DNA of 41,189 bases from Catajapyx aquilonaris (GCA_000934665.2 JYFJ02003530.1:1-41189), one strand, 5' to 3'; shown: positions 22,494 through 34,464, counted from the stretch's first letter. Notes: generated by a model not told the origin, from the letters alone. Translations and numbers: made by a program.

Positions 22494-23767
22494 CAAAAAC
22501 ATTCCCTTCATTTCAGGCTTCATTCAGGCATTTATTGCTCATGAAGTCTCCTTTCTGAAAACCATTTCTGGAATTTTCATTATACTACTAGTTACTTCTA
22601 ACTTAGCAGCACCAGTGTAGAATTGACATTGCTAGGTGATGGCAACTTGAATAAATGAAGTATTTGGCGGAAAAAATTGGGNGAGAGAGGAATCATAACT
22701 TAAATCCTGTAGCAGGTGGAACTGTGAGGTTTTGAACATATATCCGCACGATCCTACTGCGCATTCAACCCTTTGATGAAGGAACTGAATTCCTAATAGT
22801 CCTTGAGCAAAAAAATTTAAATCGAATTTTTAATGGTTTTTAATTTTTTGCGGAGTACTGAAGAGGAATTAAGTAAAAGTATAAAAATGGTAGGAATACA
22901 CCTCATGATGGCGGGGATCTGTGTTCAAAATTTCGAATCTCTGTCTGCAGTGGAACTTGAGGTAGGGAGAATAGAAAAAACGCAACAAGTAGGAAAAATT
23001 AATTGTTGAAATGCTACATGCTAACGTCTTACTTAGGGGCTACCGCTCCTAAAATAATTAAAAGGGACAAGTGAAACAGCGTCTCTCTAGCTGGAAAGTA
23101 GACCTTGTCCTGCCACATCCTTTGGCGCATGAACTTTATTTCATACTAGTCAACTAGTGTCTATCAAAACCATTAGCATGTAAACCTACGATGACAATAA
23201 TTGCTGTACAAAGGCAAAAGGGGGCATGGTCGCCCACAAAGACGTTCACATTTGTCCATGGACCACAGTGCCCCAGAAGGCAGCAACTGACATGATGTTA
23301 TGAATGATAGCTTCCATTGCAAATGACGCTTTCCAAATTCCTCGCATTTATGCACAAAGGATGGCACTACTCAACATTTTTACATCAGGGTCATGCCCAG
23401 CATCTATGCCTGGCATGGCATTTAAACTGTGGGTTAGAAGTAACTTCACTGCCCTTCAAGTAGCTTTCCCCTGAAACAGCAGGACCGCAGGTATCTCACA
23501 CCTGGCTGTCATGTTGGCAAGAAGCATATAGTGACCTGCTTCACGAGATACCAGATGATGTTATTCAGGTTTCTTATATTTTTTAAATGGAAAGGACCAC
23601 TGTGCCCCGCTCTCCCCTACTTGGGGCACCAATTTGGAGACATGCTAATTGGCCTTTAGTTGTTTTATTAATTCAGTGTTGCTCCACACTGTGAAAACTT
23701 GTCTATTACAGAAACTTATCCGAGAATGAAATGATTAATTACCTCCTCCAAGAAAGAGTATTGCCAG

Positions 23768-24652
23768 CAGGGTTGGCAATAATCAATGATTATTTTAAAA
23801 TAATCCAATAATCTGATTATTTTGATTATAATCAGATTATTTTAATATAATAATATTATTTGTAGTACAGCACTTTATTTCATTTTCCTGATAAAAACCC
23901 CACCTGCTATTTGAAGAAAATCAAGAAATGTATGTCAATATTGTCAAACATGTTACATTCCAAGGAAAGTGCATGATACAATATACAGTAAATCCTCGTT
24001 TAACACGGATTCAGCTTACTTGGGAGCGACTAGCCGACTACACTATTCAGTAGTGCACGTGTGTATACATACCTGTAAGGCCGGGTACACTTACAGTATT
24101 ATTGTACGCTACTGTATCTGTATTACGCAGAAAGCAGTGCCTGATGTACTACCTCTGTGGCTCTGTCATGTTCTCATGTACTGATTATGATAATTAAACT
24201 GTATTTTACTACACATATACAATAAGTCAAAACTCAAGAGTCAAGAGTTTTAAGTTTTAACTTTTTGACTGGAGAGTTTGTGATTATTGGTAGGATAAAT
24301 GTATGACGAACCTGGTCCCCCAGGAACCTATCCCCCTATTTCCCAATTCCCGTAAGATTAAATGATTAATGTAATAATGTTTCACTTTACACGAAGTCAC
24401 GAACCTATCCGGCTATCCCCGATGTTAAACGAGGATTGACTGTACATGGTACTATGGTTCTATGGTAGGATATTTTTTTAGCCTTTCAACATTTTAACTT
24501 CTTTAAATTATTGTTATTATTGTTGTTGTTGTTGTTGTTATTGTTATTATTATTAGTGATTATAATCAAGATTTTTCATTATAAATCAGTTGATTATAAT
24601 CATGATTATAATCAATGATTATAATCAATTGATTATAATCATGCCAACCCTG
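23768..24652 (+). mobile_element. Non-autonomous hAT element (copy 2) with nested Tigger-like MITE at 23986-24442
   Basis: Near-identical to 17917-18802; own 8-bp TSD ATTGCCAG. Confidence 0.92.
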
Positions 24653-25212
24653 ATTGCCAGTTTTACCTCAGACAGCATTTCCACTAGAGTAACCACCCAG
24701 GGGATCACTAAAAGGCCAGTGTCGACATTGCACTTTTTTCTGCACCTCCCCTCCCACCTCCCTCACTGACTTGTGGGCACAGGTATTACACAAAATTTCA
24801 CTGGTTTGAAATCAATTATTGGATTATCATTACTATTATTAGTAGTCATACTACTACATAAAAATTGCATACAAGACAATATCGCCAATTTTGACACATA
24901 GGCAAAAATACAAGATTGAAATTAATAGCTGTCAGCCACTGCCTTTTCCGCCCTGAATGAGAAAAGGCAAGAGGTTATTTTATAATGATACAAGTAACCC
25001 ATTACAGTATGGTTACTGAGAATCAGCTAAATAGCCAGACTTTCTGAAAGTAATGGCTCTTCATTGTCACATCTCTACACAGGAATGATGTAGGATAGTT
25101 TCGCTTGATAGAAAACATACCACCAACTACCTATCACATCAACAAGGCTGCCTAAGGAGAGGACAGCTAGTTGCAGAGAAAAAACCTAACTACATGGTAG
25201 GAAATGACCCAC

Positions 25213-25758
25213 CTCTTTGGTGTCTTTGCAGGAGTCTTAGCTGGAGTCTTGTATAAGCTTCGCTGTCGCTCTAGGAGAGCATCGGCTTCACTCTGAACTT
25301 CAAATCCATTCATTTTGTCTGGTTTAAACACTTGCATTGAAGCTTGCATATCACCCAGACTATTAAAAATAGCATGGACGCAGCGAGGAATTAGCCCTGG
25401 GTCATTGTCTGTGCCCATCATTGTGTGGGTCTTCCCAGAACCAGTCACACCATATGTAAGAAGCAATGCATTTCTCCCAGATAATAGCTCTTGGATGAGG
25501 GGTGTAGCCACTGTGTCAAATACTTCTTTCTGCCCAGCACTCTCATCAAATACTCTTTTAAAAGTGTACTGAATTTCCTTCCCGCTTGTCCTAAGAGACT
25601 GGGATGCTTCCGGTGGTGAAAGGTTGATGGTCGTTAGGCTGTTTACAGTCACACATCTTTCATCTGTACCAGCAGCCAAGGGGCGTACCCTGCAATACAC
25701 CTCCACTGGCTCCACTTGTCTGCACCTTTGAGGCTTCCTTGGTGGCATTTTCTGCCTT
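25213..25758 (-). CDS. KIF23: KIF23 exon 2: N-terminal motor domain, P-loop, start of kinesin-6 loop-6 insertion
   Basis: ttttccag acceptor; VEVYCRVRPL, YGVTGSGKTHTM, FKPDKMNGFEVQSEADALLERQ; donor AG|gtgggt. Confidence 0.95.
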
Positions 25759-25926
25759 CTGGAAAACATAAAAGCATGTGATAGTAGACAATCATGGCAA
25801 ATGAAAATCTGAAATACCATAAAGACATTCATATCAAGAGGAAACTGACCACCTACTAACAACTCTGAACTCGCTCCTTTCTTCCAACTCACACGGCTGG
25901 GGGGGGGGNGTTGACAGATGTTGGAG

Positions 25927-25928
<2 letters not shown>

Positions 25929-25968
<40 letters not shown>
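25929..25968. repeat. (GA)n microsatellite
   Basis: Direct inspection. Confidence 0.95.
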
Positions 25969-25971
<3 letters not shown>

Positions 25972-26276
25972 ATTTGCAATTTCTTATGGTATGAAATGCT
26001 TCTTCACAGTTTTACGCCCGAATGAATGGTTCCATTCACATTAGGCTATATGGTGATTCATTGCTAACAACCATTTTTGTGAAAAACTTGTGAGGTGTGT
26101 GGAGTAGCTAATACAGGGCGTTTCTTATTAGTAAGTTGTTTGACCAGCAGTGTACTTGTTGGCCCAAAACAAATCAACGATGTAGGGGGCAGAAATGTCG
26201 CATGACCAAGTGGTAAGGAGAAAGATGACCAGACATTTGGCCTGCCCCTAGACACATGACATCTTCGTAGCCTATA

Positions 26277-26465
26277 GGGAGTTCGCCTGACATATGGACC
26301 TGATTACCTACAGTGGTTGCTTGGGGAGCAAAATATGATCATGATAATCATTACTGATGGGATTTTGCAATGTTGCATCTTCGCAGTGTAGCAAGTATCA
26401 TGATCATATTCTGCTCCCCAAGCAACCACTGTAAGTAATCGGGTCCATCTATCAGGGGATCTCCC
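26277..26465. mobile_element. Small hairpin MITE
   Basis: TA|GGGAG ... CTCCC|TA with ~70-bp arms (TACAGTGGTTGCTTGGGGAGCA / TGCTCCCCAAGCAACCACTGTA). Confidence 0.8.
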
Positions 26466-26664
26466 TACAAAAAGGCAAGCCTAAGTCCGGTCATCTACAT
26501 CCTTACTGTTTGGTCCCATGACATCTCTCCCACCTACATTTTTTGACCCTTTTGAGACAACGAGTATGCTGCAGGCTGGCTGACATACTAGTAAGAAATA
26601 CCCTGCATATGCATAATGGATATGACGCATCTCTTCCTAAGAAGTAATTCACATTACAGAAGAT

Positions 26665-26882
26665 GGGGGGCAACGTGGTCTAGTGGCTATATGCTACTGG
26701 CCTGCCAAGCAGGGAGGTCCGGGGTTCAAATCCCGTTCCTGTCACCGTCGCTTGGTAGGGTCTTTTTCCCTTTTAACCCGACATGTCCGGGCAATTCTAG
26801 TATTTAAGAGGGTCTGAAATGACTGGAAAGTACTTAGAGCAGCTTTCCTTGGGAACCTCCCCTTCCCCCCCTATCACAGGGT
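26665..26882 (+). mobile_element. Degenerate SINE family S2
   Basis: TGGTCTAGTGG ... GGGGTTCAAATCCCG ... CTTGGGAACCTCCCCTTCCCCCC...TATCACAGGGT, colinear with 5242-5548. Confidence 0.8.
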
Positions 26883-26899
26883 AGCACAAACAAACATTA

Positions 26900-27300
26900 C
26901 AGAAGATGTTGAAAATGTCAGCCGCTGGCTCCACTGGTATATTTGCAGGTTATGCTGCATGTAGGAAAATATTTGCTGCAGCACATGCCCAGAAATTACT
27001 GCAATATAACTTTTGATATTCTCTTTCATGTGTTCAGTTGTAACAGGTTTGTTAGTGTACACTGCTTCCCTTGCAGATAATTCCCTAAAAATTGTTCTCA
27101 AGAGGTCATGCCTGGAAATCTGTCTGGCCACAATCTTTTCAAAAAGGTTTTGGATTTAGTATAATTATGATCATATCAGGTGTGTAGCATGTTAGTTAGT
27201 GGTTTCATCTTGCTAGAAGTAGTTTAACCAAAGCTACAAGCCATCGAACTGATTCATGAACTTGCTAAAAATCAGCAAATAGCTGATCTGCATTCACAGA
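26900..27300 (-). pseudogene. Highly degenerate Tc1/mariner transposase remnant
   Basis: ORF track 26874-27131 reads AVYTNKPVTTEHMKENI...I..I, resembling the C-terminus following the SPDL motif. Confidence 0.5.
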
Positions 27301-27445
27301 CTCTTCAAAATAATTGTTCAGGTGATTCATAGTCAAGATGACATTACACAACACACACTAATTTTCTGCAAATGCAATGGTTCTTTGTGAATAGCCTGAC
27401 AATTGTCACCATGCAGAACCTTCTACATTAACACACTCATAGGTA

Positions 27446-27655
27446 CCCCCGCGAGCATGAAGATGGAGACGGCAGGCTCTTTTTTGACCTTTCTTTATCC
27501 GACTCAAATTAATGAACTCTTTTGGGACCGAGTTAGCTGATCAGACGTGTGTTCGTGTATTTATGACAGTATATTTGATACCGTAATAGCTGCAATTGGC
27601 AGAGCAGCCTGCCGATGGTGAGGGCCTGCCGTCGCCATCTTTATGCTCGCGGGTG
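27446..27655. mobile_element. TA-target MITE
   Basis: TA|CCCCCGCGAGCATGAAGATGGAGACGGCAGGC ... GCCTGCCGTCGCCATCTTTATGCTCGCGGGTG|TA. Confidence 0.78.
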
Positions 27656-27684
27656 TACATTTCAAGTGAGTGAAACAAGTGACT

Positions 27685-28040
27685 TTTTTAAAAAAAATAT
27701 TACGTTACCCCGTGCTAGGGCCATGGGCCCTTTTAGGGGGGTGGGATACCACCATTTGCTTCAATTTTCTATTCTTTCTTCTTCACTCCGGTGCAAGGAT
27801 GAAAGGACATATATGGGGAAGGGATAGGGAATTTTTGGGGAGGGAACATGGGTGCAAGGTGCACGTCTGCAAACGGGTCATGTGCTGTCCCCCAGGAGGT
27901 TAGGTTGCCAGACACCTCCTTGGTGCAGGTCAGAGACCCTCCTGACGCAGGTGAAAGGAAAGTTCCCCAGGCGGGGTTCGAACCTGGGGCCTTTCACACA
28001 GCAAGCCGTGACGTTACCATCACGGCCACCACACCACCCC
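27685..28040 (-). mobile_element. SINE family S1
   Basis: TSD gaaacaagtgact (27672-27684, 28041-28053). Confidence 0.9.
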
Positions 28041-29280
28041 GAAACAAGTGACTCTAAACTGGCAAACAAGTTTTGATAACTGCTAGATGCCACTGTTTGA
28101 AAGTAATTGCTCAGTATTACACAGTTTAGTACCAAAAATTGCTGACCACTATGAACATTTCAACTGGAATTGACTACATAACGTGCTCAATCTGACAAAA
28201 GGTCAAATTCAACATTTTCCTAATTTTACAGGAGAGCCAAAAGAACCCTGCACACCACTATACAAATCTATTGGATGGCGTTTTGATTTTCCGTTATAAC
28301 TCTGACACCGCTTATTGTTCCATGGGTTCCCCGTTTTGTCGGAATGTGACCCAACACTTGATGGTGCTGGCAGAGGCCATAACTCGATTTTTGCAAAAAT
28401 GTCGAATTAGTCCTTTTGTCATATTAACGATCATATAAATGTACAGTGAAACCTGCCTTTAGTCAACCCCAGGTATAAACTTGTCTACCATGGAATATAT
28501 TTGCAGTCCCAGCAGCAAGATAAGAGTTCCTAAGTCTGTTCGATAAAGCATAACCTGTCTAACTGTGGAAAAGGCAGCGAATCGGTTTTTCAGACTCCTG
28601 CTAAGGCTCTTCTAGCAGCCTGCTTCTACTAGTCAGGAATCTCCCATAAGCTTACACATGGGGGCCATGGTCACTGGTTGTTAACAGCATCACAGCTAAT
28701 TATAGCAGTGGGACGAAAAACCAACCCAGCATTTCTAGGTCCTGGGTATACCGCAAAATTAACACTGCATCATCACAATTTCACTGAACCAGAAGCAGTG
28801 AAAAATAACTGGGAATGAGTGTCATGCGGACGATATTAATCGACCTGTCCGGCAACAAAAAAAGTCAGTTGGGGTCAGTTAAATACAAAGGGTAACTGGA
28901 GTAAAAGAATATGATGTAGCTGGTTCCAGGGTCTAAGTCAAGTAGCCCCACCTTTGTTTTTCATCACGCATATGGATCAAACTAAAAACTAGCTTCAACC
29001 CTGACCCGCTCACATATGACACATGCCATCTTGCATGCCATGGTGGTACCCAAACTTTCATTGCAATCCTAGACAGCACGTCCCAGACAAGCCACCACCA
29101 ATGGCATAACTCATATCCGTATCACTAATGCATTACTTACTATAAAGTGAAAGGACACCAGTAACAGTCACTTTCGATGATGTAAAGACGAAACCAATTA
29201 ATTAATAAACCTCCCAAGATGACACCAAAGCTCGCACTAAAGCCACATAGAAAGTCCGCCCATCAAAGTGCAAAACTAAC

Positions 29281-29291
29281 CTGGGTTTCAT
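29281..29291 (-). CDS. KIF23: KIF23 coding exon 1 (ATGAAACCCAG, MKP+R split codon)
   Basis: ATG AAA CCC AG|gttagt. Phase 2 joins exon 2 in frame to give MKPRRQKMPPRKP, resembling the MKSARAKTPRKP start of vertebrate KIF23. Confidence 0.7.
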
Positions 29292-29385
29292 GAAGATATC
29301 TGGAGGCAAGTCGAGCTCACTGGCTGTCTGCCGTCTACTGCCAACGGCTTTTCTGCCTCCCAAAAAACGGTCCCACACAAAGCGA

Positions 29386-29400
29386 TTCAAACATCCGCCA
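29386..29400 (-). promoter_or_regulatory. CDE/CHR-like cell-cycle promoter element
   Basis: Minus strand TGGCGG-ATG-TTTGAA about 95 bp upstream of the predicted KIF23 ATG; spacer 3 nt rather than the classical 4. Confidence 0.45.
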
Positions 29401-30499
29401 GGGTTGCCAGATCCAACGTAACTCTATGAGTTTTGTTAGGTTACTTTAGAAGTACGTATATAATGAGTTTAAATTATGAGGGGAATGCATATGATCATGA
29501 ATTATATAAAAGTGATTAAAGTTGTGGCATGAAGCTAGCCCTGTTTGTACGTACAAGTATAAACTCGGCTCGCAATTGGTTACTTCGAGCTACGAGCTCT
29601 GAAGTAGCCAATTGCAAGCTGAGTTTCTACATGGCCACCAGGGTGCAGGCGACGGATCCACTGGTGGCGGCTGGCGGACAGAATGTGAATAAAACTGTTT
29701 TTACAGTTAGCTGTTTTCTCTAACCATAGGAAGGATATACTCTAACAACCGTGATTTTCTCTCACGTTCTAGTCTGGATGCATTTTTAAAAAGTGACTTG
29801 ACCAGCATATGAAAAATACATGGCTCTCACTGTCAGTGGCAAATAAAACAGCCCGTCCTTTTGAAAAACTTGAAACCGGTAGCACTTCGCTCGAATACAG
29901 ACAGTGGACAGTTTCAAATTTTCGTTCGAAATTGCTGTCCGTAAGAAAAATCAGTAGAGTCCGGATTTTGAGGCACGAAAAAACCCAGAAATGGGCACGA
30001 AAACACCCTCAAATTTTTTTGTGCCTATTTAAAGGCACAAAAAAATTTTAAACTGGAGGATAATGATAGAAAATAAAAATGCTAGAACAATTTTGCAGAC
30101 GTGAAGTAGCTATAAATATAAGGTTACAAACCAGAGCAAAACCCGAACAACTACGATAAACTGACAGGAAATTGCGAAACTTAGTTAGTCGAAAGACACA
30201 AAGTATCACTTGCGCTGGACTCTATACTGCACAATATGTTGCCAAATCTTTGTCTAAATTCTTGAGATATACTGCATTTACTAATACTATACTGTCCGCG
30301 CAAATATATTACAGATGGCTAGGCAGCGATAAGCCAGTAACTTTTGAAAATTTTGTAGTACCGGTATGTCAATTATGGAAAATTGGTCCAGGATGGCAAA
30401 AATGTTGAAATGCAGCACATGAAATACTTCCGTGACTTGATCTTCTCTTATGATTCCTGTATGCACTGATGCACATACGACATACCCATGCGCACTACC

Positions 30500-30720
30500 A
30501 ACTTTTCTGGACTTCCTATGGGCGAATTCGTCAATGATGTCGCCGAAATTCAATTTTTGGGCAAGAGTGGCATTAAGGCATATCATTCCCAAGGAATTCA
30601 GTCACTGCAAGCTGCTGCCCTGCTGACGATCGCGTCTCACTTTTTATTCTGGCCATAGCACTGAAGGATCGTTCTGCGCCGGCCACTTTGACTGGGAGGG
30701 TACAGAATAGTAAATATTCA
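30500..30720 (-). pseudogene. hAT transposase C-terminal dimerisation-domain remnant
   Basis: LFCTLPVKVAGAERSFSAMARIKSETRS, then frameshifted LGMICLN...LNFGDIIDEFAHRKSRK. Confidence 0.85.
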
Positions 30721-32351
30721 TCTCTTATTAAACCACATCCTTCATAATTTATTTCAGAAACAAATTCAGGATTCCATGTTCCGTGAACATAAAATAAATC
30801 CATGGTCATCTCAGCTCTAACAAAAACTGATGAACATGGTCAAGGTTGCACATGATTCAGTTTGGGGTGAATAATCTGATTGCCCTCCCTGTTTGACACT
30901 CACTGTCATTATTCTGTCAATCAATACAGCTTCAGATCATACACACACATGAACGGAGGACCCATGGAAATGAAAAGTACAGGTACTTCATTATTAGAGC
31001 ATCCCATGGCAGGTCACGTGCAGCAGAGTTTTAGACAGAGCTAAAAGAAGGGGGGGGGGGAAGAGGAGAAAAGAAGTGTCNGGAAGAAGAGAAAAGAAGT
31101 GTCATAACAAAATGAAAAGGTTTTTGTAAATACTTACCAGGCTACCCAATCTCTCATCTGTACAGACCCAGTTCAGTAAACAAAGACCTTAGTAATTGAA
31201 ACAGAGGCTGGAACCAACTCAAGCACCACTGATTCACAGCGGAATGCAGCAAGTGGCTTCAGTGGCAAGTAGATAGGTACGAGAAGGGAACAGGAGGTGA
31301 AGAGGAAAAAAATTAAAGTAACAAATGCAGGATTTAGCAATCCCTAGTAGGTAGTATACTATTATATCTTCATAGTGACGTCCCAAATCTTGCAATCTTG
31401 TGGCAGGGAGTCATCAGTGACTGCCAAACACGACTATTGAGTTGTCTTTCATGCTTACCCAAAGATGTGTAATATCGCCTAGTTACAGACAAATTTATCT
31501 GGTTCTCTTAGCCATGGCAGAGAAGCTATGTTCTTGGTACCTTCTCTGCCAAAAAAATCATGCGATATAATGCAATATTTTTACGACAAATGTGCCATTT
31601 CCAACAATTCCAAAAGCGATTATTTCCAGTGTATCTGAAGTTAGTAATGCAAACTCTACTGTAAAATCCAGCTGTGCTACTGGAAAATTATTCCATTTGG
31701 TTGGGTTCAAATTATTCTGCCAGTGACACAATCATCATTTCTATTAAAATTCTTTAGGATATTCTGTTCAGTGGCAAGTTCAGCTTTTTACATTATCAAG
31801 AATACTTGTGGGGCAGCAATTTGAAGTGTTAGAAAAAATCCTGCTCACATATGGAAGATAAAAATAATTAGCAAAAATTCAATTTGTTCTAATTCTGACC
31901 TAAGTTCTCAGTCTTCAATCGGTGCTCTGGGGGTCTGTCCGAAGTGGCCCACAAAAGTAATTTCGATAATGGCACATTATTACTCAGGCAGAACTTAGCA
32001 CCATGCTGCCTGCTTTATAATTTTAAAAATCAGTTTTCCGTAGGGGTTTCAGAAGATTTGCGTGATGTTCTGCGACAACAAAAATGATGAAGACCACTGG
32101 TCTGAATCAAGATGTTTGTTTGTGCAGTTCGCATAATATTTGTGCATCCTCCCAGGTCATGTCTACACATCTTTGTCACTTGCAAGCGTCCCCCCAAAAA
32201 ATCTTCAACAGCATGTGACTAAGAACTGAACTCTTGGGAACTGATTTTATCTCAACTACACAACTACAAATAATACAGTTTGGGTCACCTGGAGAACATG
32301 GCAGTCAAAGAGACCACGCTAAACAAAATCTTACAAGAATTGCAACTGTTA

Positions 32352-32545
32352 AGGTGCGTTTACATGTGAGTGATTTGACAAGCGAAGCGGAGCACAGTCT
32401 TCACCGAGCGAAGTAACCAATATTGTTTGAGGTGAAAGTAAGAATCGATTTTCGCCTCAAACAATACTGGTTACTTGGGTTACTCAGCTATGTTACCGCT
32501 CTGCAAAGACTTTGCTCGTCAAATCGCTCTCATGTAAACGCACCT
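32352..32545. mobile_element. PIF/Harbinger-type MITE
   Basis: TTA|AGGTGCGTTTACATG ... CATGTAAACGCACCT|TTA. Confidence 0.82.
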
Positions 32546-32548
32546 TTA

Positions 32549-32738
32549 GGCCCGGTTCACACCACTTTTAGTGGCAGCAACTGGCCACAGCAAGTGACTA
32601 CTTTTGGAAATGCACAGGATTGAAGGAGAGCATTCACATGTGGCCACTGGCCACGCTCTCAATCCTGTGTATTTCCAAAATTGGTCAGTTGCTGTGGCCA
32701 GTTGCTGCCACTAAAAGTGGCCACGTGTGAACCGGGGC
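32549..32738. mobile_element. PIF/Harbinger-type hairpin MITE
   Basis: TTA|GGCCCGGTTCACA ... TGTGAACCGGGGC|TTA; ~75-bp arms. Confidence 0.82.
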
Positions 32739-33410
32739 TTAGCAAAACATTTTCTTTTAGCTCACTTTTACATAATACATTATGTATGGCTAACATGTAG
32801 GAAAAAAAGTACATCAAAAACCTTCCAATGTAATATGAGAAAATAACACAGGGAGCCTCAAAACAGGCTTTAGACAGAGGCAACTGATATTGTGAAAATT
32901 AATGAAAATGAAAATATTGGAATGGAAATGAGAAAATGCTGGGATCAGTTTCTTCATCAGTGAAATCATGTATGTGGGTGAGCAAAATGGCAACCCTAAA
33001 ATCCCTCTAAAGCACATTAACAAACAGGATGGCTTAAAAGGGGCACATGAATTATGGAGGGAAAGTTCAGATATGGGTTACTGGTCCAAAAATTCACCAT
33101 CTGGTTGCCAAGTAAAATCCCTTCCTCCTTGTGGTGGTCTACCTCGAGCACGCACCCTTACTTTCTATGTTGCAGAAGGAAGTTATTTTGTAACCAAATG
33201 CATGACCTTTGTAGTGCAATCTTCCCCAAAACAGATCCACAGTAAGGTGAGGAATTTTAGCACACAGCTTCAGAAGAATGATGATTTCTGAGATGGAAAA
33301 AAAAATTTGGCCCAAAAATTAATATCATAGCATATTCACCTACCTTCATAACTCTGAACCAAGTGAACAGAGCCGAATCATTGCAATACTACCTCTCAAT
33401 CTGCTTGGTA

Positions 33411-33646
33411 CAGTGTTAGGCATTAACGGTAGAGTACTGCTAGCAACATGAGCCATGGTGGCAAAAGAGCCCATCAAACCTGACCGAACCGATGAAAAAG
33501 ATCGGATGGCCATGGTTGACATCACGAGCTGCGAGCAGTCAGTGACATCACCCAGGGCCATCTGATATTATACATCTGTTCAATGCGCTCTTTTGCTGCT
33601 GCAGCTCATGTCCTAGCAGTACTCTTACCATTCATGCCCAGCACTG
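33411..33646. mobile_element. TA-target MITE
   Basis: TA|CAGTGTTAGGCATTAACGGTAGAGTACTGCTAG ... CTAGCAGTACTCTTACCATTCATGCCCAGCACTG|TA. Confidence 0.72.
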
Positions 33647-34129
33647 TACCTCTTACATAATTTGGCAAAATTTAATGCTCCTCCAAGCTCTGTGCATTAT
33701 CTAGATTGTTGCATTCAACTCTTCTCATATCAGGCTTACCAGAGCTAGAGAAAACACCTACCCTTCTTCCCATTTTGCAGTCATCAACTCTATATATCTC
33801 TGGAGCATCGAGAGTGATGTCCAGTGTGCAAACCTTTGAGCTGATGAGTGCCAGAAATCTAACTGCTAACTTTGTAGGAGCACCTTAATGTACATGACAA
33901 GTACACCTTAGCCACTGTATCTTTCTCCATATCAGAAATTGTTAATTCTCACTATGATGTTTCCAACTGTCTATCTGTAGAGCTAACATGGTGACTTAAA
34001 TACCAAATAAAACAGGTGACAAGAGAATATCTCATTCTCCTTATAACATAAAACATATCACGAGCCCAAAATAGGTGCAAGAAACAGAACAAGCTTGCCC
34101 TTCCAAGTTTTGAACATCAGGGAAACACT

Positions 34130-34282
34130 TTAGTCTGAGTCACTCGAAGTCCAACTGCCTTGGTTGGTAGCAGTGACACCATCAGCAATATCAAACTTCG
34201 AATCCATGGATTCTCGCAGGCTCTGCAGACGAGCCAGCAACTTCTTGAACTCGAAGTTGCCTCGTTTCTCCCCAAAGGGATC
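34130..34282 (-). CDS. UBE2Z: UBE2Z terminal coding exon
   Basis: ttcttcag acceptor; DPFGEKRGNFEFKKLLARLQSLRE...SSDSD* (UBE2Z DPFGEKRG motif), in phase with the previous exon. Confidence 0.92.
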   Translation of the reverse strand, partial: DPFGEKRGNFEFKKLLARLQSLRESMDSKFDIADGVTATNQGSWTSSDSD

Positions 34283-34464
34283 CTGAAGAATAGAAAACCG
34301 GTTAATGCAACAAAATCAACTCAAGTGCCTCATCACCGCCAATGTTGTCTATGTGATCAGCATCAACATTTGACCTCAAGGTGCCCAGATGATGGTAGTT
34401 TTTGCAAGACTTCCATCAAAATAGGGCATACCTCGCCCGGTGTCCTTCCCCCTGAGTTGATGTT

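Larger units (their letters stand above)
21445..23617. mobile_element. Non-autonomous TA-target DNA transposon (pogo-like) with nested SINE and palindrome
   Basis: TA|GGGGAAACCGGGCCACAGTGGTCC ... GGACCACTGTGCCCCGCTCTCCCC|TA; TIR-like internal copies near 22003-22037. Confidence 0.75.
2315..29291 (-). other. KIF23: Span of complete spliced kinesin-6 gene (KIF23/MKLP1/pavarotti ortholog), 12 coding exons, 798 aa
   Basis: Exon lengths 11+546+141+332+286+128+104+105+147+177+234+186=2397 nt join in frame. Motor motifs [29 protein letters not shown]; coiled coil; tail PRHRRSRS..W.DHRP and ETALYKGDVLPT.GGG typical of MKLP1. Confidence 0.95.

Noticed and set aside
25759..25979. N-terminal extension of the 270-aa ORF (SLSLSL...)
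   Set aside because: Intronic read-through across a (GA)n microsatellite and an N; the real acceptor is at 25760-25759.
33841..33858. CTGATGA...GAAA hammerhead-like core (also CTGATGA at ~14443, 17619, 30827)
   Set aside because: Could not find stems I-III or the C before GAAA.
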